DNA of 64,000 bases from Phoronis australis. Lineage: Eukaryota; Animalia; Phoronida. The stretch lies in contig NMRA01000633.1 of the NCBI GenBank assembly GCA_002633005.1, positions 37,398 to 101,397 of the forward strand. The letters are read 5' to 3'. Each line of letters begins with the position of its first letter. The stretch's first letter is position 1. The notes below the pieces were generated by a model. The model saw only the letters and a list, made by a program, of their open reading frames with translations. It was not told the origin of the DNA and did not search any database. Shown here one piece after another: positions 43,752 through 56,000 of this stretch. The position numbers were made by a program, and so were the translations under genes.

Positions 43752-46700
43752 TCACCAATTACATACTACACAAAATTATACATACACAAGAAAGTACCGC
43801 CAGTACGCAGGAAGTGAATATAGCCAACAAATCTAATCCTTTTGTTAACACTGAATGAACAAAAGACACTATAGGAGAGGTTAATATCAGGTGATATGTA
43901 CCTAGGGCAACACGGCTCTCTACATGATCAGATAAGACCAAGGGGTTGGTGTATATGTCAGTGTTTTATCACCATGACCACTGATGCTGCTTTGCTGCTT
44001 GTTATCACCTCTCACAATAAACCCTGGCCATCAAGAGAGCATACAATGTTCCTACATCAACATAGGCAACATTACAGTACAAGCCAAACGTATTGAGATA
44101 AAATGTCAAACACTGCCAGTCATGACAGCTGGGCAGGGCCTGAATTCATCATCAAAGTAGTCTTCACTCATAATCAAGGGCAACATGAACACTAGTAAAG
44201 AGACTAAGGTATTCTCCAATTGAAACTTTGACGCCCTCGTAATTATCAACCGTCACTATTACAAATTATTAGATGCCGTGATGGGAAAACACCACTCTGT
44301 CTAATTACTTTCAACATGTACAGTAACTTCTTCTAACCCATGTACTGAGCCCGTCTGCTCACTTGACTGGTCAGAAAATGAATAGTACCGCCTGCTATCC
44401 AGGTGGTATGAATAAAAAGTGATATTCTATGGGCGGGTTGGTCAATATTACACTATATTGGAAGTTATTGTAGTGCAAAGGACACAAGTATCACTGGTTG
44501 TGTAGTAACTAACAATACAGGTTCAGTATCATACCCTCAAGCTCAGCCATGCACCTATAACATCAGGTAATGCTTTAGAATGAGCTCAACTCAAAAGGCT
44601 CAGAGAAGAGGACCACAGGCTCATCACTATTCAACACTCACTGAACATAAGGGGGCAGCACTGGTTCTGCCAGGCAACACTTCTCATGTAATGCAAACTC
44701 GTGGCTCATAAGTCTACAACTGAACTCATTCATGATCACTCAGAATTGTGAAATTTTAACTGAATTACACAAGTAGTGCCAACGAGGTTACCAAGGCAAC
44801 AAACTCTGCAACCCAGTTCACGTTCATACATTCTGTAACCATGTATAGATATTATAGTATAACTCTATTTACATATTACCATAGCAACAAACAACAGGAT
44901 GGTAACCAGCCATCATTAAAAACGTGCCCACCATGTTGTCGCCCCTCCACCTAATGATAATAATAATTACACAATAAAACATTGGTCGCCTACATGGTGT
45001 TGTAGCCATGCTCACACAAACAAGGAGCGTAGAAAATCAAAAACCTTTGTTAAATCAACAAAAACAATCACCTAGTTATAACATACACTGTTTTAAACTA
45101 ATCAGTCTTTTACAATCAGTAATGAAGTGCATAGAATGGCAAACTTGATGTTCAGATGTTGAACACCAATAGCAAAACATGGTTCCTACATTGTTGAACA
45201 CCAATAGCAAAACATGGTGCCTACATTGTTGAATACCAATAGCAAAACATGGTGCCTACATTTTCAAAGAACATTATCTTGAGGTTTCTGACAATAGCAG
45301 GAACAGCTTAGCATTAGACATGCCAATTTACACAAAGTGATGTATTGTAGACAACTACTAATAACACTGCACTAATAGCAAAGCTAGAGCTAGCCACAAC
45401 AACGTGGCCACAATAACGTGGCCACAATAACGTGACCACAATAACGTGGCCACAAATCGTCCCATTTCAACCCGCAAGCGGACACCAAACCCAAATGGCC
45501 TGAATGTTTCTCTGATTAAATAAATGTTTTGAGAAGCGTTTTAAATTCTCACCAAACTCCAAAAATAAACTGGATCATGCATTTCATACTGATAATTAAA
45601 TTAAATGCCAAAAGTTGTCACTCATGAAGCCAAATACAACAATCCTTGCAAAAATGTTCCTAACTTTACATAGAATTATTGTTCATACAGCAATTCTTGC
45701 AAAACTGTTCTTACCATGGTAAAGAATGTACCATAATTATGCTATCATACAGCAGATGGAAGTGTTTAATGTCAAAAACGTGTAACACACTAACAAAAAA
45801 GATGGTTCACTTACAAGAAGGGTTATAGAAAATAGTGTGAACAGATTTAACAATAAAATCTTGCTAACTACAACTCTAGAGCTAGGTACAGTTTAATGCT
45901 ACACACAACTGTAGTGCTAGGTACAGTTTAATGCTACACACAACTGTAGTGCTAGGTACAGTTTAATGCTACACACAACTGTAGTGAATTCCCATAAACA
46001 CATTATTGCACATGCTGACTAATCAAATGAGGTACGAAGTCTTATCCAGAAATGAAATACTAAGCAACAAAAACAAGAAAAACAAGTACAAAATGAACTA
46101 GAGAGTAGGGAGAAGACTTATGATAACTTTACAAGGAACATATGTTTATGGTAAGTCTACAAGGTACATGAAATGTCTATGGTAAACTGAACGCTAATTG
46201 AGGTATATCGTATTCACAAATTTGCTTTCAACAATTACACATACAGTGATTTCAAATATTTCCTCAACAAAAAATGTTTGAATCTTGATCATGTTAGAAT
46301 AACTTGCAAAAACAAGTATTTACACAAAACGCAGATAATTTACTTGGATAGTAACTCCATCAAAAGAAGTTGTTAACTATTAAGAATCTGAAAATAACGA
46401 AAAACAATACACGTATCTTCACCCTAAATAAAAATGTCCAACTATCAAAAACTGTAAGAAACTTGCATTGATGGAAACACGGATGAAAACCAGTGAGACC
46501 ACATGCCAACCTGTTTCTCAATTCTTATGTAAAATAGAATGGGACAGTGCAGTGTGTCGTATTATTGGAAACTGATTGACAAGAAACATTGCAGACCCTA
46601 ACTCAACACTCCAGTTATGAGGAGTTCAAAGTTGACGTGATAAAAATGACAACTAACAGCAACACGACGAGAATCGAAAGACTCGGCAACAAACAGGTTC

Positions 46701-46959
46701 TCATCACAAATAAATCAAGAAATTAAAATACCTACAGTAGCATTCAATAACAACACTAACTAAATTTACAATTGATCATCCCCTCACATCCACCAACAAA
46801 ATTGGAGTGAGGTCACATGATTTCTTCATCATCCAATCAGAAGTGGCGTTACAACCATGCCGAGTTAGCATGTTCACCTGTATGACGAGACATGATAAAA
46901 CAAAATGTCCACCATTACCAAAGGTCGAGCACATGCCAAGAAGGACACGCCATCTATGT

Positions 46960-47049
46960 TTACTTGGCCATGGTCTGTGTAAAGGATTGATAATGATGTG
47001 ATTCATCCAGGCCGCCATTACCAGAAGGATCTTGAGGAGATGAAGACAC
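46960..47049 (-). CDS. RBMS: Probable RBMS terminal coding exon ([29 protein letters not shown])
   Basis: cttcttattcag acceptor, phase 0, stop TAA, followed by a long U-rich (minus) region. Confidence 0.6.
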   Translation of the reverse strand: MSSSPQDPSGNGGLDESHHYQSFTQTMAK

Positions 47050-50000
47050 CTGAATAAGAAGACAAATTAACATTGATCTTAACATGAACACCACACTAAA
47101 ATTACCAATGTTAGCAGACAACAAGACTTCATTGAAAATTACACGGTTCATTTAGACTCTGAATGCTAATCTAAACCAATATATTGCATTAAACGATATA
47201 CATAAAGCTCAACGAATCAGCTCCTAACTCCCAATCAAAGCAGAGCCTGAGCTGGATTCAACACAATTTTAACATATTAAATGGAGTTTGTATTACACAA
47301 TATGTTGAACAAGAGCAACCAAAGCGTTGAAATGGGCCCATGAATGCACCACAAACAGAGTGCTTCTACGATTGTTTATTTGTTTCATAAAAATAGCCAC
47401 AAGAGGGCAAAAAAAACATCCAATCCATCTGAAAACGGGTACATGCCCTCGCTTCTTTAATAGAAAGCTATTCAGCAAATTTCATAAAAATCTGTAGAGA
47501 AACTTCAGAGAAACAAAGGAAAACAAAAAATAATGAAATTGCCACTTTGGGACACAGCCTTCATTGGATCCACCTGAAAGACGTCGTCATCTGTTGTTGG
47601 CTTCATATAAATACAATTACTAAATTCAATAAAGATCCTGCAGTGAGTTTAGGAGATGCAGCTATGGGCACAAAACAAAACAAAACTACCACTAGGAGGC
47701 GCTACAGTAGACGAATGCGTTATTGTCAATCGTCCTCTTCACACTGAGAACATATACCATATACAAATTTTCAAAGTCATACTCAGAATGGCTTGGTTGA
47801 TCGAGGGGTGGACGCCAAAAAACAAGACTCGAAACATGAATAATGGCCACTAGGTGGTGCAAAAGTTCCTCGATTCCATCCCACAGCGGAAGGCTAGCAT
47901 CATCTCACCAATAAATGCCTATATTCTAAACTTTCTGATAATCCAATGAGGACCTTTGAAGATACAGAGGTAAGCCTACAAAATGAAAATTGTCACTACG
48001 GGGCACACTGGATGTCAGATCCGTCCGAAAGTTGTCGTCATCTGTTGTTAACATCATATAAATACCCTTGCTAAATTTAGCAAAGATGCTACAAATCGTT
48101 TAGGAAATACAGCCATGAGCGCAAAAAAAAACTGCAACTAGGAGGCGCCACAGAAATCAAAGTCATTGGTAAATCATCGTCAGCTTCATAGTAACAACAT
48201 ACATGCCAATTTTCATAATCATCCTTTGTGCGGTTCGGCTGATAGAGGGGTGGACACCAAAAAACAGACTAAAAACAGTAAAAATGGCCGCTAGGTTGCG
48301 CAAACTACGCCACATCCATCCGACAATGGGAAGGTAGCTTCATCTCACTAATAGGTGCCTATACTTCAAATTTTATGAAAATACCTAGAGGACCTTTAAA
48401 GATACAGAGGTAAATGTAAAAAACATAAATTGTCACTAGGGGGCACACCGGTAGTCAGATCTGTCCGAAGGTTGTTGTCATCCCTTGTCAACATCATATA
48501 AATATGCTTGCAGAATTTAGTAAAGATCCTGCCAACGGTTTAGGAGGTACAGCCATGGGCGCAAAAAGAGACAAAACTGCCACTAGGAGGCGCCACAGTA
48601 GTTGAAATCGTCAGAAAATCATTGTCAGCCATCCTCTTCATAACAAGAGCATACATGCCAATTTCCACAATCATTCTTAGCGCGGTTTGGTTGATAAAGC
48701 GGTGGATGCCAAAAAAGACTCAAAAAAAAAATGGCCACTAGGTGGCGAAAACTACGTCGAATCCATCCGAAAATGGGAGTATAGCGTCATCTCAATAATA
48801 GGTGCCTATATTCCAAATTTTATGAAAATACTTTGAGGACCATTGAAGATACAGAGGAAAACATAAAAAAACTAAATTGCCACTAGGGGCCACACCAGTA
48901 GCCAGATCCAAAGGAAAGTCGTCGTCATCCATTGTCAACATCGTATAAATACACTCGCAGAATCTAGTAAAGTTCCTACCAACGGTTTAGGAGATACAGC
49001 CATGGGCGCAAAAAGAGACAAAACTGCCACTAGGAGGCACCACAGCAGTCCGAATCGTCGGAAAATCATCGTCAACCATATTCTTTACAATAAAAACATA
49101 CATGCCAATTTCCACGATCATCTTTAGAGCAGTTTGGTTGATAGAGGGGTGAACGCCAAAAAACAGACTCGAAAACAGCAAAAATGGCCACTAGGTGGCC
49201 CAATCTATGTCGAATCCATCCGAAAACGAGAGTATAGCGTCACCTCACCAATAGATGCCTATATGCCAAATTTTATGAAAATACCTTTGAAGATGTAGAG
49301 GTAAGCATAAAAAACTAAAATTGCCACTAGGGGGCACACCGGTAGTCGGATCCGTCTGAAAGTTCGCTCATGCCGTCCCATCCATGATAGGAAAGTATGT
49401 GCAAAATTTCATGAACGTACATCAAAGCGTTTTGGAGATAGAGCAGCGGACATCGGACGGACGCCGGACAGACGAAGAAGACGGCATAATGCGTCCACAT
49501 ATAAATATGTGGGCGCGCATAAAAATTAAAACACCATGAAACAGGAGTCCTATCGCCGGTGTGGTTTAGAAAGCGGCTATTTTGTTACCCTTGCTCAAAG
49601 CCAATTCGAAATCTGACCTCATGGCAGCATTTCACAGACGTAAGAAACTCGTCATAATACAAGATCACTCAAGTCCTGACAAGATATGGCCATGCATTAG
49701 GAGCCAAGATATGGCTATAATGCATTAGGAGCCAAGATATGGCCATAATGCATTAGGAGCCAAGATATGGCCATAATGCATTAGGAGCCAAGATATGGCT
49801 ATAATGCATTAGGAGCCAAGATATGGCCATAATGCATTAGGAGCCAAGATATGGCCATAATGCATTAGGAGCCAAGATATGGCCATAATGCATTAGGAGC
49901 CAAGATATGGCCATAATGCATTAGGAGCCAAGATATGGCCATAATGCATTAGGAGCCAAGATATGGNNNNNNNNNNNNNNNNNNNNNNNNNNNNNNNNNN

Positions 50001-53000
50001 NNNNNNNNNNNNNNNNNNNNNNNNNNNNNNNNNNNNNNNNNNNNNNNNNNNNNNNNNNNNNNNNNNNNNNNNNNNNNNNNNNNNNNNNNNNNNNNNNNNN
50101 NNNNNNNNNNNNNNNNNNNNNNNNNNNNNNNNNNNNNNNNNNNNNNNNNNNNNNNNNNNNNNNNNNNNNNNNNNNNNNNNNNNNNNNNNNNNNNNNNNNN
50201 NNNNNNNNNNNNNNNNNNNNNNNNNNNNNNNNNNNNNNNNNNNNNNNNNNNNNNNNNNNNNNNNNNNNNNNNNNNNNNNNNNNNNNNNNNNNNNNNNNNN
50301 NNNNNNNNNNNNNNNNNNNNNNNNNNNNNNNNNNNNNNNNNNNNNNNNNNNNNNNNNNNNNNNNNNNNNNNNNNNNNNNNNNNNNNNNNNNNNNNNNNNN
50401 NNNNNNNNNNNNNNNNNNNNNNNNNNNNNNNNNNNNNNNNNNNNNNNNNNNNNNNNNNNNNNNNNNNNNNNNNNNNNNNNNNNNNNNNNNNNNNNNNNNN
50501 NNNNNNNNNNNNNNNNNNNNNNNNNNNNNNNNNNNNNNNNNNNNNNNNNNNNNNNNNNNNNNNNNNNNNNNNNNNNNNNNNNNNNNNNNNNNNNNNNNNN
50601 NNNNNNNNNNNNNNNNNNNNNNNNCAACGACACATCAACACAACGACACATCAACACAACGACACATCAACACAACGACACATCAACACAACGACACATC
50701 AACACAATGACACATCAGTGAACATAAGAACAGAATGATAATAACATAAGCCAATTTCGCACAACTTAAAAAGCATTCAAAATCAGCAGAAACAACTAAG
50801 CTGAGTTTAGAGAGGTATCAACTAAGCAGAAAAAAATTATTGCATCTATCAGGTGAATTTTCTAAAACTGATTTAGCCAGCATTCTACCAGTAGCCATTC
50901 AAGTATCTGCATATGACTGAGGCGGCATAACAGTACCAGTACACAGCAGACTGGTTCAATTAAAACAACTCCTGCCAACACATTCCAAAGACAGGGGAGA
51001 TTATAAAGCAGGAAATACTCATCTAAAATTGTAAGTGTTATACAAACATGAATATCCTGCACACACTTTTCCTTTGAAATACAAACATGAATATCCTGCA
51101 CACACTTTTCCTTTGAATGCACAGCCAGCTCTAATAACTTAGCTTGTAACCAATGTTATCATTCTAACAACTATTCTCGTAACATCATCTGCATAGAGCA
51201 TACACAACCATAAATTCATATACATATATATATTTATATGGTGAAAGGCACAGTACTTCTACAACACTTAAACAAAGTTTAAATTGTTAGGCTGGAGAAA
51301 TCAGGCGGCGTTTGATAAGGCCAGAGTCATGTGAGATCACACAAGATCACATTGGTGCAATGCAACTGTCTCTTTAGGGTTTCACACTTAACCTCACAGC
51401 TTTACTATCAAACACTCATCCACAACACTTTTGTAGACTCAAATTTCCTTTTATAGGCATTTCTTAACTGCATATGTTTGAAGCCAATTTGCATGGCCAA
51501 ACTTCAAAATGGTAGCTAGCACAATATAGTCATCACTTTAACTTAATGGATAGTTGAATGCTGAATTAAGAAAATATTGTGTCCATTAGATTACTTACTC
51601 TTCCATATGTCAAGAGTTCTCACTACAAGTGTCTCATATTTGACTGGCATTATTGAACGTACCCCGTGATCAAACCTGGTCCCAGTGATCAAAACTCAGA
51701 CCACGAACGCTACAATGCCAATTTCTCAACTAGCCCGCTTTAACTGCTAACTTCTGATCACTGAATTACACCACATTTCAACTTCCAGCATTATGCCACA
51801 TTTTAACCTCCAACCATTATGCTGTAAACTTTGACATATTCAACACTGCTGGCACTGGAACCAGGTCTGCCGACAACAGCAGCATTAACAGTTATATGGT
51901 GCTTGAGAGAGAGTAGAGAACAAGTAGGCCAAGCCAAACTACCGTCACCGGATTCAGGCACACACTCTAAGCAGGTTAACACCAAAAGAAAGAGAAACGC
52001 AGGAGACAACCGTCAAATTACCTTGGACAAATCTTCACCTCTTCTCTGTGTACGTAAACACAAGTCAACATTGACTTACTCATATTTTGACAAGTATTTC
52101 ACTTTGCACACGCCTTGCAAATAAATAAAATTTAGTGTTTCTTATCAACAGTCAAAAATATGACTTGCAAATAAGCTGCAGCACTTGTATGACTTCAAAG
52201 TAGAATTGGCCAGATAAGACAAATTTCCAAGAACCAATTTTATTAAAATACCCTTGAAGAAAATGATCTTCAGTTGTGTAACAAAGTATGATGAAGTGCA
52301 CGTCACAGACCATTTGTGGTAACCAGTGCCATACAGTGATCAACCCAATCAAAACCATTATTCTATTCCACAAAACATTAACATTGGTTTAAAAATTATA
52401 ACCTAAAACTCAATTTAAACAGCTACAAATGCAAGCTATTACTTCATCTATATATAAAATCACCAAAACTAATTCTGTTTCAATGCATATCATAAAATTC
52501 TGAAAATCAGCTTCTGACATTCAAAATAAACAAGAGCAACGCTGAGCGTTGAAATGCGCCGACGAATGTATCGCAAATGGTGCGCTTTTAGGGCTGTTTA
52601 TTTATGTCATTAAAATGGCCACTAGATGGCGCAAAATACATCGAATCCGTCTGAAAACCAAAAAAATGTCATCGTTTCTTTAAAAGAGAGCCATTTGCCA
52701 ACTTCGGCGAGGAACTTCAGGGAAACAGACGAAAACAAAAAAAACGAAATTGCCACAAGGGGGCACAGTGTTCATCGGATCAGTCTAAAAGTAGTCATCT
52801 TCTCTTGTTAACTTTATATAAATACACGTGTTAAATTGAATACAGATCCTGCAGAGGACTTAGAAGATACAGGTAGGGGTACAAAAAAACAAACCACTAG
52901 GAGGCGCCACAGTAGTCGAAGTCATCAGAACATCATCGGCAACTGTTCCCTTCATAGAAAGTACATACATGCCAACTTTTACAATCATCCTTAGAGTGGT

Positions 53001-56000
53001 TTGGTTGACAGAGGGACGAACGCCACAAAACAGACTCACAAAAAAATAACAAAAATGGCCACTAGGTGGCGTAAAAACCTTGAATCAATCGGAAGATGAA
53101 TGGCTAGCGGCAACTCAATAATTGAAGTCTATGTGCCAAATTTTATGGAAATCTGATGAGTACCTTTGAAGATACAGCGATAAACGTAAAAAACTAAAAT
53201 TACCACTAGGGGGCACACCGCTTGACCGATCTGTTTGCTAAATTTAATAAAGATCCTGTAGAGCGTTTAGGAGATACAGCCACGGGCGCAAAAACAAACA
53301 AAACTGCCACTAGGAGGCGCCACAGTAGTCGAAGTCATTGGAAAATCATTGTCAACTGTATTCTTCATAGTAAGACCATACATGGCAATTTTCACAATCA
53401 TCCTTAGAGTGGTTTGGTTGTTAGAGGGGCGGACGTCAAAAAATGACTCAAAAATAGTAAAAATGGCAACTAGATGGCGCAAAATCCATCGAAGCAATCT
53501 GAAAACGTAAGGATAGCGTCAACTCATTAATAGATGCCTATGTACCAAATTTCATGAAAATCAGTAGAAGACCTTTGAAGATACAGAGGCAAACGTAAAA
53601 AACTAAAATTGCCACTAGGGTGCACAGCGGCATTGGGGTCGGTTTGAAACTCGTCGCCCTCTCTCCTAGACCCCATAGGAACAAACCTGCCAAGTTTCAA
53701 TACGATCCTGCAAGGGGTTTAGGAGATACAGCCGCAGACGCCGGACGCCAGGACGCCCAGACAGATGACGGCAATATGCGACCACATATAAATATGTGGG
53801 CGTATAAAAAGCACAGCTACTTTTTGAAATAAAACTTCCAAATGGTTATAATGTATTAGTCATTTGAAATAACAGGGGAAGACTTCTAATTGGATTATTA
53901 CAAAGCGAAATATTAACGCGATGAAGAATAACAAATTTCTCTTATGATAAATTTCTTAAATCAACAAAGTATGAAAATTTTATATAGATTTCAACAGTTG
54001 AATTATATTAACAGGTGTAATATCCACGATAAGAACATTTCAATATACTATTAAAAGTTGCTATAAAATCATAACCAACAAAATGATGTTCTTGTATTAC
54101 TGTTTGTACAAACAAATGTGCTTAACAACAGTACAGTTAAGTTTTGAAAACAATAACATCAGCCTAACAAGTATGATACTGGCAAAAACGTGAGAACAAC
54201 AAGACAATACTTAAGTGATACTACCAAAGTATAATAAACATCCAGAAACGATCAACGGTTAGGATACATAATTTCTCTGGATATTTTTTGGGTATTTTGA
54301 CAAGATGAGAACGTTTTGTTTACAGGATTGTAATTTTAACACTATCTATAATCATCAGTCTCAGACTCTAACAACACAAAAGTCACCAAAATTTCTGATA
54401 GCATTTCATGAGGTATTCCAATCTCTTGAGCATAAGATAACACATTAAACACAACACTCAAATCCGTTTTCTAGAGATTTGGCAACATGACTTTTACATG
54501 ATGCAGTGGACAGTTAGCTGGACTAATACCCATAACATAGTTAAGCTAGTCTACATCTATAAGCACATGCCCCTGCACAAGGACAAGTTAGCTAAATATT
54601 ATAACACACTACCATGCAACACTGTAACAGTGCTCTGATTATTATACAACACTAAATTACTAACTAAACAAAAATCAAGCGAATATGAAAAAACACCCAA
54701 AAATATCCATACAGCAAATTAAAAATGCTTTTTGTGAGTAAACAACACATGAATGAAACGGTTAAACAAACTAAACGCAAAAAAACACAAGTCCAGAGCA
54801 CAAAGTCATAACCAAAATTAGAGCCCATCTGGCCAGGCTCAACGCCGCCTGCGGACAACATCAACCAACATTTTTGCAGATGTCAACAACAAAAACATTT
54901 ACAACAAGACGTGCTCTTCGCCTACCGAAGTTCCTGCAAGAGACAAGCCTGCCATCTGTTGGCTGATCTGTTGAGCCATTAACGCTGGATCCACGGGCTG
55001 CATACTTGTTGGGATGACCTGCTGGAGAAACAGAATACTTAATAAAAACAATATCAAATAACACATAACAAGAAGTAGTTATAGCAATGTCAAATAACAC
55101 ATAACAAAAAGTAGTTATAGCAATGTCAAATAACATATAACATGAAGTAGTTATAGCAATGTCAAATAACATATAACAAGAAGTAGTTATAGCAATGTCA
55201 AATAACATATAACAAGAAGTAATCTTATATCAAACAACACATTACAATACGTAATGATAATATCAGTTAACTAACACATTACAATTACTAATAATAGCAA
55301 ATGGCAAATAACACATCACAATAACAAATATCAAAACATTTGTTGTCACACTGTTACTTTGTTTAAGTGACTATAAACCCACCCCTATTTACAACACTCA
55401 CTACAATACAGCTGGTTGTAACTTTTAATTTATGACTCTTACTACAATACAGCTGGTTGTAACTTTTAATTAATGACTTACAATACAGCTGGTTGTAACT
55501 TTTTATTGATGACTCTTACTACAATACAGCTGGTTGTAACTTTTAATTTACATCTCTAACTAAAATATAGCTGATTGCAACTTTTTATTCACTACTCTTA
55601 CTGCAATACAGCTGCTTGTAACTTGTTCTTTAATCCAATTAGAGACAATTGCTTGTCGTGGGAAGATGCCACAGTTGATTATTACTCAAGATCAGGCGTG
55701 TCATGCTGCATGTCATGTTGTGCACTAAATGTGCTCTTAACCCAAGTCAACTGTCGGTCCTTCCAGAAATCATTCATCTGACCAAGGGACCGAGTACAGC
55801 ATCAATTTTATACCGCAGAATGATCTAAATTGAAAGTTATTTCTGGTCTACTGTAGGCGGGTCGATTCGAAAAAGTGTTATGTAAAATATATGCTTATCA
55901 GATTGGACTTGAAGTTGTAACTGCACACTGCTTACCGGTGTCATGTGAGACTGCTGTAGAATGGGTGTCTGTGGGTGGTAGATCCAGTTAGACGACTGCA

